Shown in pieces: positions 1 through 9,446 of a stretch of 41,244 nucleotides of DNA. Numbering within the stretch: position 1 is the stretch's first letter; each line of letters starts with the position of its first letter. The notes beneath the pieces were generated by a model. The model saw only the letters and a list, made by a program, of their open reading frames with translations, ran no database searches and was not told the DNA's origin. Made by a program: the position numbers and the translations under genes. This stretch comes from Promethearchaeota archaeon (GTDB lineage Archaea; Asgardarchaeota; Lokiarchaeia; Sigyniarchaeales; SOKP01): contig RDOA01000030.1 of NCBI GenBank assembly GCA_011364925.1, positions 1-41,244 on the forward strand, given 5' to 3'.

Positions 1-1100
1 GTACGACTGGAGTTCCTAAACCTGCTATTATCACTCATTACAACGCCGTCACTAATGCGAAACAAAACGTTATGTGGATGCCGGATGCAGAACATCCTAT
101 GGCATGCGTCGGTATTTTACCGATGTTCCACGCTTTTGGGATGACGATTGTTCAAAATGTGGTGATAGAAGGAGGGGATTTTAATATACTCTACGCGAAA
201 CGAGAACTCGATTTAAAAGAAGTCCTAGATATGATTACAGAAGTCGGACCCTCTGGAGGGGTCATATTACCAGGAGTGGAAAATCTTTTTATTGGTCTCA
301 CTCGTTATTTAAAAGAGAATCCCGACCCTAAACTTAAATCTATGTTCCGTTTATGCGTTAGCGGAGCAGGTCCATTACATAAACCTGTTAAGGATGCGTT
401 TGAAGCTGTAACTGGTGGAACTTTGGTAGAAGCGTATGGTCTTACTGAATGTACAACAGCAGTCAGTGCAGGACCCTTTAATGGAACAGATACACCTGGA
501 ACAATAGGATTACCTTATCCTGGTGTTGATTGGGCAATTTTTGATTCTGAAGATTTTAATAAAGGTCCAATAAAAGGATTTGGAATAGAAAATACCGGAG
601 AGATATGTGTTTGCGGTCCACAAGTGATGAAAGGTTATTTGAATAGACCTGAAGCAACTGTAGAAACTTTAAAGGAGTGGGACGGGAGAACTTGGTGTCT
701 AACGGGTGATATTGGCTATATGGATGAATATGGGCAAATGGTCATTAGAGATCGAAAGAAACAAATGATCAAGTATAAAGGATATTCAGTCTTTCCGAAG
801 GAAGTCGAAGAACTTTTAGGTTCTCATCCCGATGTAATGGAAGTTGCGGTCGCTGGCTTGCCCGATCTTGAAACAGGAGAAATGGTTAAAGCTTGGGTTC
901 AATTAAAGGACGAATCAGTAGGAAAGATTACATCTGAAGAATTGATTGCTTGGAGCAAAGAAAATATAACTCATTATAAGTGTCCTAAGCAGATTGATAT
1001 AATTGAAGAAATCCCCAAATCCATGGTAGGTAAAGTCCAGAGAAGAGAATTACAAATCAACGATCCAATTTGGAAAGAGAAATTCGGAAGCAATAAATAA
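1..1100 (+). CDS. Long-chain acyl-CoA synthetase / AMP-binding enzyme (5' truncated by window edge)
   Basis: Frame is open from base 3 (TTGVPKPAIITH, end of the AMP-binding P-loop). Also has YGLTE, TGDIG, DRKKQMIKYKG and PKSMVGKV adenylation-domain motifs. Confidence 0.92.
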   Translation, partial: TTGVPKPAIITHYNAVTNAKQNVMWMPDAEHPMACVGILPMFHAFGMTIVQNVVIEGGDFNILYAKRELDLKEVLDMITEVGPSGGVILPGVENLFIGLTRYLKENPDPKLKSMFRLCVSGAGPLHKPVKDAFEAVTGGTLVEAYGLTECTTAVSAGPFNGTDTPGTIGLPYPGVDWAIFDSEDFNKGPIKGFGIENTGEICVCGPQVMKGYLNRPEATVETLKEWDGRTWCLTGDIGYMDEYGQMVIRDRKKQMIKYKGYSVFPKEVEELLGSHPDVMEVAVAGLPDLETGEMVKAWVQLKDESVGKITSEELIAWSKENITHYKCPKQIDIIEEIPKSMVGKVQRRELQINDPIWKEKFGSNK

Positions 1101-1208
1101 ATTTTACTTTCATTTTTTTAATTCTACTCGTCATTTAAGTTATAAGAAGCAAGTATTTATTCAATTATAATCAAACCAATTTAGTATACAAATAATCTGT
1201 GAGAGTAG

Positions 1209-1676
1209 ATGAAAGATAAATTTCAACTCATAGGTAAGAAAATTCAAGAATTTTCATTACCAAATACGAAAGGAGAAACAATAAATATTAGATCTTTTGA
1301 AGGAAAGAAAAATGTAATCGTCATATTGTTTCGGAGTATCAACTGACCTTACTGTAGATGGCATGCAGCACATTTAAGGAAAGATTATGAAAAATTCGGA
1401 GAAATGGAAACCGTCCTTTATCCAATTTTAGCAGATTCTGAAAATAATGCGAAAAAATTAGAACAAAAATATGCTCGTAAATATCCGATATTCTACGACC
1501 CAACAAAGAAGGTGCCAAAAATGCTGAATCAAGAGGTAAAATTATTAAAACTCGGGAGGATGCCGGGACTTTTGATTATAGATAAAGAAGGGATTATTCA
1601 ATATGCTTATTACGGAGACAGTATGAGTGATATTCCTGAGAATGAAATACTTTTCGAGGTATTAAAAAAAATATAA
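1209..1676 (+). CDS. Peroxiredoxin-like (AhpC/TSA family) selenoprotein, UxxC; in-frame TGA at 1344-1346 read as Sec
   Basis: ATG 1209 is in frame with track ORF 1404..1676. Read-through gives MKDKFQLIGKKIQEFSLPNTKGETINIRSFEGKKNVIVILFRSIN-U-PYCRWH..., 155 aa, with TGA at the first Cys position of the CxxC-equivalent motif. Confidence 0.85.
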
Positions 1677-1683
1677 ATAAAGC

Positions 1684-1754
1684 ATTTGGAGAAAGTAGAA
1701 TCGAAAACCAAAATGACATTTTACTTTTAAAAGGTTAGCCACACCTTTCCAAAT
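1684..1754 (+). promoter_or_regulatory. Structured 3'-UTR element (three-way junction with tandem GA/K-loop), candidate atypical SECIS
   Basis: ATTTGGA/TCCAAAT closing helix; 11-bp helix 1691-1701/1718-1728 capped by CGA...AUGAC; AAGGT/ACCTT hairpin. Lies directly after the selenoprotein stop codon. Confidence 0.45.
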
Positions 1755-2002
1755 CAATATAAATTTGTTTATGAAATTTGGGTATTTATATGAGTTTTTA
1801 ATTTTTTTTTCTCTTTTTTTATTAGAATTTTTCAATTATTCTTTACATCCAATATAGATATTTTGATAGAAGCAAGCTGGTTCTACAAGAGTTTAATAAA
1901 TGTTTGAGAGTTCATTAAAAGTTTTGCATGGCAAACTACATATATATTTTTATCATATTATAATTTAATAAAGAAACAATTGAAAAAAAAGGTTAAAACA
2001 AA

Positions 2003-2071
2003 ATGAATGGAAAAGGAAAGGAATTGATGGTAAAGAACGCGGGATTTGTCCCTAAATATCCCATTTATTAA
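2003..2071 (+). CDS. Putative 22-aa micro-ORF MNGKGKELMVKNAGFVPKYPIY
   Basis: ATG preceded by AAAGGTT and an A-rich spacer, followed by T-rich sequence; lies in an otherwise empty intergenic region. Confidence 0.35.
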   Translation: MNGKGKELMVKNAGFVPKYPIY

Positions 2072-2190
2072 TCAAATTCAATTTTATTTAATTTTTATAT
2101 TCACGCTCACAAAATTAACAGAATTTCCTGAAAAGAAAAATAATAATAAAAAACATAGTAAACCAAAAAAACAATATGGAGGTGGAAAGG

Positions 2191-2259
2191 ATGAATAAAG
2201 CGAATAGAAAGCAAGAACCTCGTTTCTCATGTTATTTTTCTAGATATACCAGTTTTTAA
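2191..2259 (+). CDS. Putative 22-aa micro-ORF MNKANRKQEPRFSCYFSRYTSF
   Basis: Strong SD GGAGGTG 6 nt before the ATG; long oligo-T tract right after the stop. Confidence 0.5.
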   Translation: MNKANRKQEPRFSCYFSRYTSF

Positions 2260-2431
2260 TTTTTTTCTCTTTTTATTTTTAATTTTTCTATTTCTTAAAA
2301 TTGTTTACTCCTTATCTTTTAGTTCTTTATAGTCTTATTAATTACGTCTTTTTTGGTGTTTTCCGTGATTTTAAGACAAAATTCAAATTTAGTCCAAGAT
2401 CCCATTTGTAGTTTACAAGTGAAAACTACTA

Positions 2432-3160
2432 ATGGATTTTTTCAAATTTATACATATAATGCAGATCACGGGTAGGTATGTAGATTTAGAGAATTTTTAT
2501 ATTAATGTTCTATTTAATGACGGGGAATGTCTTGAGGGATTTAAGGCCGCTTTTGGATTTGCTGCCTTAGTTTATAACGGAGAAACTGGAGGTTATATTC
2601 TATTTGATACAGGTAGCAATGGAGATGTTTTACTTCATAATCTTAATCAGTTAGACATAGCTGTTTCCGAAATCGCAAAAGTGGTAATATCACACAATCA
2701 TCCAGATCATACCAATGGTTTAGAGAGTATCTATAGCAAAAATAGCAACCTAGAAATCTTTGTTCCTGTAGAAAATCAAATTACATACAACAGAAAATAT
2801 CCTCTATCTAAGGTGTTTGGTGTAAGCGAAGAAATGGAGATAGAGAAGAATGTGTTTCTTTCGGGACAATTAGGGAATTACCTAAAAGAACAGGCAATGT
2901 TATTAAAAACGCGAGAAAATAAAGGAATCTTGCTCGTAGGGTGTTGTCATCCTGGCTTGATTGAAATCTTCAATGCTTTTTCGAATCGAGGAAAAATTGA
3001 AGCCATTATCGGAGGCTTTCACAATACCAGAATCTTTTCGCCTTTAGAATCGTTAAATTTCATTGGAGCTTGTCATTGTACCAAATATAGTGACATTTTA
3101 AAGGTAAAATATCCTGGAAAGTTTCACGAGATTAAAGTAGGCGAAGGACTCTTTTTTTAA
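2432..3160 (+). CDS. MBL-fold metallo-hydrolase (start may be ATG 2459)
   Basis: ILFDTG, ISHNHPDHTNG, GCCHPG, IIGGFH and ACHCT motifs. Confidence 0.88.
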   Translation: MDFFKFIHIMQITGRYVDLENFYINVLFNDGECLEGFKAAFGFAALVYNGETGGYILFDTGSNGDVLLHNLNQLDIAVSEIAKVVISHNHPDHTNGLESIYSKNSNLEIFVPVENQITYNRKYPLSKVFGVSEEMEIEKNVFLSGQLGNYLKEQAMLLKTRENKGILLVGCCHPGLIEIFNAFSNRGKIEAIIGGFHNTRIFSPLESLNFIGACHCTKYSDILKVKYPGKFHEIKVGEGLFF

Positions 3161-3184
3161 TTTAAATCTTTTTTTTTAATTATT

Positions 3185-3997
3185 TTATTCTTTAATAAAA
3201 TTGTATTTTTTCCCATATCTTTTAAAAAGTTTAGTTCCTCCTCCCTCCTGTAAGATTTTTATTGTAGACTCGGAATCAAGCATTTTCATTCCTCCAACAA
3301 TATTCACACCTTTATCAAATAAAATGTCGGGGAGAAAACTTACACTAGGTCCGAGTATAACAATTGCATTGGCTCTGTTCTTAAAAAGTGATAAGATGTG
3401 TTCTAAAGTATCGTTGATTAATGTCGTACCTGTGCAAAATAAAATATCCGTTTCCATTTCGCTTTCTTTTAACTCTTCAACATCTTTTATTATTGGGATA
3501 TTACGATAAGACGAGTTAATCAAGGGATTATTATCAATTATTCTAATTAGCCTTGTTTTGGTTAATACGCTTTTGATCATGGGTTTCATGAAACCAATAA
3601 AAATTGTTCTTGTCTGTTTGTTAATTTTTAAAAAATCTATTAAATTCTCTTTAACTTCTTTATAAGGGTTTCTTATTTCCAAAATATGCTGAGATGCAGC
3701 GTTTAACGATGCGATACCAATAATTTTTTCTAAACTAGGTCCATTATAAGACCAACTCATTAACTCTTTAAAAGATTTATCAGTTAACTTTCCTGCAAAT
3801 TCAATTTTAGTACAATATGTTGATTGGATAATATTTGGTAATGTAGATGCTAAGCCTAAAAACGGATCATATGCGTAACTAATTAATTCTACTCCAGTAT
3901 ATCCTAGTCCTATTACCACTCTGTTTACTTTTGGAGGTAAAATTTTGTGATATTTGTAAATCTGTTCTACGAGGTTTACTGTTTTTTCTAAAATCAT
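3185..3997 (-). CDS. DUF364 / Rossmann-like putative metal-binding protein
   Basis: VVIGLGYTGV, IGIASLNA, TGTTLINDTLE, LGPS and GGM motifs typical of DUF364. Confidence 0.8.
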   Translation of the reverse strand: MILEKTVNLVEQIYKYHKILPPKVNRVVIGLGYTGVELISYAYDPFLGLASTLPNIIQSTYCTKIEFAGKLTDKSFKELMSWSYNGPSLEKIIGIASLNAASQHILEIRNPYKEVKENLIDFLKINKQTRTIFIGFMKPMIKSVLTKTRLIRIIDNNPLINSSYRNIPIIKDVEELKESEMETDILFCTGTTLINDTLEHILSLFKNRANAIVILGPSVSFLPDILFDKGVNIVGGMKMLDSESTIKILQEGGGTKLFKRYGKKYNFIKE

Positions 3998-4170
3998 CGT
4001 TTACTTAAGTGATATGTTTTTTATGCTTGTGCTGAAATTCATAAGTCATTCTAGATTAATTAATTATCAGTAATTTAGAAAACTTTCTTGCCATGCACGA
4101 AACATTAAAAAAATATGGTAAATATCCTATCCAAGTTAATTAAAATAATTCAAAAACGAGAGTGTAAAGA

Positions 4171-4551
4171 ATGGAATACATAATAATTGAAAACGAGAAG
4201 CTTGGTCAAATTAAGGCAAAGTTGCTTATTGAAAAAAATCCAGAGACATGTAAAGCAATATGGGAAAAGCTACCATTCGACTTAAATCTAGCAAGGTGGG
4301 GAGAGGAACTTTATGGAGAAATACCTGTTGATATCGGTAAAGAAAATGGACAAGTTGATTGTGAAGTTGGAGATGTAGGGTATTGGCCGGATGGAAATGG
4401 TTTTTGTATATTTTTTGGTCCTACACCAGCAAGTAAAAGTGAAAAACCAAGAGCTGCATCTCCTGTTAACATATTTGCTAGAATTGAGGGTGACGCAAAA
4501 GTCTTCAATCAATTTCCTTCATTCAAAGGTTCTGTAAGGAAAGGAGTTTAA
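4171..4551 (+). CDS. Cyclophilin-like fold protein (DUF369 type)
   Basis: NPETCKAIWEKLP, WGEELY, GDVGYWPDGNGFCIFFGPTP, ASPVN. Confidence 0.88.
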   Translation: MEYIIIENEKLGQIKAKLLIEKNPETCKAIWEKLPFDLNLARWGEELYGEIPVDIGKENGQVDCEVGDVGYWPDGNGFCIFFGPTPASKSEKPRAASPVNIFARIEGDAKVFNQFPSFKGSVRKGV

Positions 4552-4666
4552 CATCTTAAGCAACTTGTTTAGTTGGATACTATAAATAAGAAAAACTTAA
4601 TTAGCTTACATCTCTCTCCTATAAAAGCTAATTTTAGAATTTAATTTTTGATGTGAATCCTTCTTA

Positions 4667-5899
4667 ATGACTCAAGAGGAAAAATTCGACAAACGCCTTT
4701 TAATCATTTTCATGATTCAATTTACGGAAGTCTTAGGATTCAGCAGCGTAATGCCTTTAATACCGATTTTAGGGATAGATTTGGGTTTAACCACGTTTCA
4801 AGTGGGATTAATTTTAAGTATTTTTAGCTTATGCCAACTATTCGCAAGTCCAATTACAGGTAAAATTAGTGACAGGTTCGGAAGAAAGCCGTTGTTATTG
4901 TTCAGTCAAATGAGCACTCTTATAGGATTTATTCTTCTTGGATTTGCTAATAATGTCTGGATACTAATTGCCGCTCGTCTTGTAGACGGTCTTTTAGGAA
5001 GTAATATGACGGTTACTCAAGCATATATTAGTGACGTAACGACTCATAATCAAAGAACTAAAACTTACGGTTATTCAAGCGCAGTTTTTGGTGCAGGATT
5101 AATTTTTGGCCCTATGATTGGAGGAGTGTTATTAATAATCAGCTTTTCGGCTCCCTTTTTCTTTGCAGCTGGCGTGTGCCTTCTTTCTATTATTTTAGTA
5201 ATACTTTTTCTACCAGAGTCAATACCAGAAAAAAAAAGTAAGTTTAGCTTGAAGTTTAGAGAGATATTACCTATTAATGAAACTAAAAGCTTTTTCAAAT
5301 CAGCAGAAACTCGAGGCATTTTAATAGTTTTCTTCCTTTATAGCTTCGGATTCTTTCTGTTTATTTCGACATTTGCTCTTTTTACTACAGAGCAGCTTAC
5401 TATAACACCCCAACAAATTACTTTTTATATGTCCTGGCTCGGTATTCTTAGAGTACTATTTCAAAGCGTTCTGATTACCCCAATATTAAAGAAAGTGAGT
5501 GAAAACACAACGCTGTTTTCAGGTATCGTAGCATTAGCATTCACGATGCTATTTCTTATTTTCGTATCAAATTACTGGATCGCATTCATTCCAATTTCCT
5601 TTTTAGCCTTTGGAACCGGGGTAACTCGTCCTATTCTAACCAGTAAATTGACAAAAGTAGGTAAAAGGGAAGATGTTGGTAGTTTACTTGGCGTGAATAA
5701 TGCGTTAAATAGTATCGCTCAAATTATAACCCCAATTCTTGGTGGAGCAATCTTAGAACTTTTCCCCCCTCAAATACTCCCTCTCTTATCAGCAATCATA
5801 TTCTCTGTTATATTTATTTTATGGCGCTGGGCATTTGTTAAACCTTTTCAAGAACAAAAAGAATCATTAATAAAATCAAAAGAACCTATTATCGCCTAA
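4667..5899 (+). CDS. MFS transporter (TetA/DHA1-like)
   Basis: About 12 hydrophobic segments; motif A GKISDRFGRKP; GPMIGG; LPES. Confidence 0.93.
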   Translation: MTQEEKFDKRLLIIFMIQFTEVLGFSSVMPLIPILGIDLGLTTFQVGLILSIFSLCQLFASPITGKISDRFGRKPLLLFSQMSTLIGFILLGFANNVWILIAARLVDGLLGSNMTVTQAYISDVTTHNQRTKTYGYSSAVFGAGLIFGPMIGGVLLIISFSAPFFFAAGVCLLSIILVILFLPESIPEKKSKFSLKFREILPINETKSFFKSAETRGILIVFFLYSFGFFLFISTFALFTTEQLTITPQQITFYMSWLGILRVLFQSVLITPILKKVSENTTLFSGIVALAFTMLFLIFVSNYWIAFIPISFLAFGTGVTRPILTSKLTKVGKREDVGSLLGVNNALNSIAQIITPILGGAILELFPPQILPLLSAIIFSVIFILWRWAFVKPFQEQKESLIKSKEPIIA

Positions 5900-6016
5900 G
5901 AATTTTAAATGTTTTTCTCCTCCTATAGAATTTTTATCGAGAAAAATATTCCAAAAATTGAAATAAAACAAAAAAAAATGTATTATTAATTTATATCTCG
6001 TTACATAAAACTATGA

Positions 6017-6232
6017 TTAAAAACCAGTTCCAAGCATTACATTAGTTGCTTTTATAATTGCTACAACATCTTTTCCTTCTTTTAACTTTAACCTTTCAGC
6101 GGATGCCTTTGTAATTATGGATGCTATTTCCATGTCTCCTGGTAATTGAATAACAACTTCAGAATTAACAGCACCATGAGTTACTTTTTTTACTTTACCT
6201 CTTAATACATTTCTAGCACTTATTTCTGGCAT
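6017..6232 (-). CDS. Molbindin / Mop (TOBE) molybdate-tungstate binding protein
   Basis: ISARNVLRGKV...SIITKASAERLKL..G..V.AIIKATNVML is the Mop consensus. Confidence 0.93.
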   Translation of the reverse strand: MPEISARNVLRGKVKKVTHGAVNSEVVIQLPGDMEIASIITKASAERLKLKEGKDVVAIIKATNVMLGTGF

Positions 6233-6444
6233 GAGATTTGATAAGTTAACAAAGTATATATTTATGGTGGTAAAACTTCTAATGTAAAACTCTTTTCGTA
6301 GAAATAATAATTAAAGAAATATTCCACACTTGAAAACAATAAGACTGAGAAACAACCTAATTTTATAAAAGAATATCAAATTCTTTTTAAAACACGAAAC
6401 TAATATTTTTCTTAATTAAAGACTAAAACGAATTAGATATTGGA

Positions 6445-7581
6445 ATGATAAAAGAATCAAAAATTTTAGATATTGCCTCTGAAAATGGAACACCCTTAAT
6501 TATTATTGATCATAACCAAATAAAAAAGAATTTTGAAATTTTCCGCAAAAATCTTCCTCGTGTGAAACCTTATTATGCGATTAAAGCCAATCCTGAACCT
6601 GAAATAGTAAAAACGTTATATAAAATGGGAGCTGGATTTGATATCGCATCTTGGGAAGAGTTTGAAATAGTTTACAATGCAATTGAAGGAATGGAGAATG
6701 AAAAAGATAGGTTTATGAACGACAAAACAATTTACGCTAACCCTGTAAAGAGAATTGATTCATTAAAGAAATTAGCTGATTACTCCTTACGAATGACCTT
6801 TGATAATTATATTGAAATAGAGAAAATTGCTCAGTACTGTAGAAATTCTCGCTTGGTTTTGAGAGTGGATGTACCTAATTTAAGATCAATCGTAGAGTTA
6901 TCTACTAAATTCGGAGCTAATCAAGAAATTTGTATGGATCTCATAAATTACGCAAAAAAATACGGTTTATATGTAGAAGGATTAAGCTTTCATGTAGGGA
7001 GTCAGTGTATTAATATTGATAACTATGCTCAAGCATTTAAAATTAATCGTAATATTTTCAAACAAGCAGAGGAAATTGGTATAAAATTAAAACTATTAGA
7101 TATAGGAGGCGGTTTTCCAGCCCCATATGAAGAAGATGTACCATCATTTGAAAGCGTTGCCGAAGTAATTAATGAAAATATAACTCATTACTTTGATGAT
7201 CCTGATATAGAAATTATTGCTGAACCTGGACGTTTTTTAGTAGCAACAGCAGCAGTAACAGTTGTAGAGATTAATGGTAAAGCTTTACGGGACAATAAAA
7301 TATTTTACTATGTTAATGATGGAGTATATAATACCTTTTCTGGAACGATTTTCGATCATATTCAATACCATTTTAAAGCATTCAAAACTGGTGAGTTAAA
7401 GGAGAGCGCTATAGTAGGACCTACATGCGATGCTCTAGATAAAATTTCCCTTAATGAACACTTACCAGATTTGAATATAGGTGATTTAATTTATTCTGAA
7501 AAAACGGGTGCTTATACTAATGCTTCTGCTACACATTTTAATGGTTTTCCTCCCGCCAAAATTGTCCACATTAATATTTAA
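6445..7581 (+). CDS. Fold-type III PLP ornithine/lysine decarboxylase (ODC-like)
   Basis: PYYAIKAN (PLP Lys), KFGA, SFHVGSQ, LDIGGGF, AEPGRF, GPTCDALD, GAYT, FNGF. Confidence 0.92.
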   Translation: MIKESKILDIASENGTPLIIIDHNQIKKNFEIFRKNLPRVKPYYAIKANPEPEIVKTLYKMGAGFDIASWEEFEIVYNAIEGMENEKDRFMNDKTIYANPVKRIDSLKKLADYSLRMTFDNYIEIEKIAQYCRNSRLVLRVDVPNLRSIVELSTKFGANQEICMDLINYAKKYGLYVEGLSFHVGSQCINIDNYAQAFKINRNIFKQAEEIGIKLKLLDIGGGFPAPYEEDVPSFESVAEVINENITHYFDDPDIEIIAEPGRFLVATAAVTVVEINGKALRDNKIFYYVNDGVYNTFSGTIFDHIQYHFKAFKTGELKESAIVGPTCDALDKISLNEHLPDLNIGDLIYSEKTGAYTNASATHFNGFPPAKIVHINI

Positions 7582-7655
7582 TCAATCTTTAAGATTTTAG
7601 CTTACAGATTAAATATATTATTGTTTTTTTTAATAATATTGGTATATATACATTT

Positions 7656-7681
7656 GATCGTGAAACTCAGCTTTCACGATC
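7656..7681. repeat. Perfect 10-bp inverted repeat (operator or RNA hairpin)
   Basis: GATCGTGAAA-ctcagc-TTTCACGATC in the intergenic region. Confidence 0.7.
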
Positions 7682-7765
7682 TTAGATGTTAGAGAAATTT
7701 TAAGAAGATTTTAAATTCTTTTTTATCTTGTTTGTTTAATAGAAATTAAGAAGTGAAATAATCAA

Positions 7766-8263
7766 TTGAGGAAAAAAATTGGCTTAGTCTTAGCGCTTGT
7801 TAGTTTTACATTATTTTCAACGGTCTTATTAATTTATATGTGGCCTTTCCCAGATTCTGGATGGGACTATTATACTGAGCCAAGTATATTTTCAGCTATG
7901 GAAGAAGTTGATGTTAATGGTATAATATATTCTTTAGAGCCCTATATGTGGCGTGATTTCATGCCAAGTTCACCTCCAGATGGCAAACCTTTAATTGTTA
8001 TTGTAAGAATACGCGCACTAGGGGTAGATATTTTTCCTTCCTTAACGAAAATTGAGCGATTGTGGTTAATTGACGGGTTAAATGTCATTTCAGCATTACC
8101 TACAGAAGAATTATCAGTAAATGGTAATGTGTTAGAAATGGTATTTCGAAATGGACCAAAATGGGGACCGGGTATAACTGTGGATGTTATTGTAAAACTT
8201 AATGATAATAATTTTCCTTTTTGTGTTAAGGCTGTTAATCAAACAATTCAACGAACAGATTAA
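7766..8263 (+). CDS. Hypothetical protein with N-terminal signal/anchor
   Basis: 165-aa ORF with basic N-terminus then a hydrophobic helix; conserved-looking YMWRDFMP and GPKWGPG..VDV. Confidence 0.75.
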   Translation: MRKKIGLVLALVSFTLFSTVLLIYMWPFPDSGWDYYTEPSIFSAMEEVDVNGIIYSLEPYMWRDFMPSSPPDGKPLIVIVRIRALGVDIFPSLTKIERLWLIDGLNVISALPTEELSVNGNVLEMVFRNGPKWGPGITVDVIVKLNDNNFPFCVKAVNQTIQRTD

Positions 8264-8290
8264 TTACATTTAAATAGGCTCTAGCTTATC

Positions 8291-8848
8291 ATGAACTTTA
8301 GATTAGCCACCATTGAAGATATCCCAGGTATCATTAAAGTAAGTATAGACACATGGAGAACCACTTATCGAGAGATTCTTCCTACTGATTTTTTGAACAA
8401 CTTATCTTACGAAGACGGTATATCAAAATGGCAACAAAGATTTACTGAACCAGAGAGATACATCTTTTTTTATATTGCAGAAACAGACTCCAAAGAAGTT
8501 ATAGGATTCGCTTTAGGTAGTTTAGAACAGAGTGATCCTACTCCTAATATTCCCGATATTAATAAGTATATTGGAGAATTGAAGGCCATTTATGTGCTTA
8601 AGGAAAACCAGCGAAGAGGAATTGGTGTAAGGTTGGTGAAGTTAATAGCAGAAAAATTAGTTGAACAAGATATCAACAGTATGGTCGTTTGGGTCTTAAA
8701 GGATAATCCCAATTGGAAGTTTTATGAGATTTTAGGAGGTAAATATCTAGGTCAAGGAATACAGAAGATAGGAGAATCTGATTATATTAAAATTGCTTTC
8801 GGTTGGGAGGATATCAGTAAAATTCTTACATATAAAAGATCAATATAG
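8291..8848 (+). CDS. GNAT family N-acetyltransferase
   Basis: FRLATIEDI, ELKAIYVLKENQRRGIG (motif A), VWVLKDN..KFYE.LGG. Confidence 0.93.
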   Translation: MNFRLATIEDIPGIIKVSIDTWRTTYREILPTDFLNNLSYEDGISKWQQRFTEPERYIFFYIAETDSKEVIGFALGSLEQSDPTPNIPDINKYIGELKAIYVLKENQRRGIGVRLVKLIAEKLVEQDINSMVVWVLKDNPNWKFYEILGGKYLGQGIQKIGESDYIKIAFGWEDISKILTYKRSI

Positions 8849-8895
8849 GAGAGCAGATTGCAAAAATTTTAAACTAAAATAGGCTCTAGTTTATT

Positions 8896-9441
8896 ATGAT
8901 CTTCAGATCTGCTACTATAGAGGATATTCCAGCGATTGTTAAAATTAATTTAGACACATGGAAAACCGCTTACAAATCAATTTTTCCTTCTCAATTTTTA
9001 CAGAATTTATCGTATAAAGAAAAGGAATTAAGATGGCGAGAAAGGTTTAATAATCCTGAAAAATGTGAGTTCATTTATCTCGCCGAAACAGATTCGAAAA
9101 AGATCATTGGATTTTCTATGGGTAGCTTACAACAAACGGATTTTACGCTTAAAATTCCAGGCATTAGTAGATATGTCGGCGAATTAATGTCTATTTACAT
9201 TCTTCAGGAATACCAACGAAGACATATCGGAACAAAATTAGTGAATATGGTTGTAGAACGATTACTTGAAAGCGAGATAAATAGTATGATTGTTTGGGTG
9301 TTAAGAGAAAGTTCAAATTGTAAGTTTTATGAAACACTAGGAGGGAGGTATGTTGGACAAAAGTTTCTTGAATACGGGGGAGTCAACTACGCCACAAATG
9401 CTTATGGATGGGATGATCTCAGTAAAATCTTTTCCAAGTAA
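8896..9441 (+). CDS. GNAT family N-acetyltransferase (tandem paralog)
   Basis: Same motifs (QRRHIG, VWVL, KFYETLGG); collinear with the upstream gene. Confidence 0.93.
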   Translation: MIFRSATIEDIPAIVKINLDTWKTAYKSIFPSQFLQNLSYKEKELRWRERFNNPEKCEFIYLAETDSKKIIGFSMGSLQQTDFTLKIPGISRYVGELMSIYILQEYQRRHIGTKLVNMVVERLLESEINSMIVWVLRESSNCKFYETLGGRYVGQKFLEYGGVNYATNAYGWDDLSKIFSK

Positions 9442-9446
9442 ACTAA

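Noticed and set aside
1404-1676. Track ORFs 1404..1676 and 13586..13798 as standalone proteins or pseudogene fragments
   Set aside because: Both are C-terminal parts of TGA(Sec) read-through genes with intact upstream frames.
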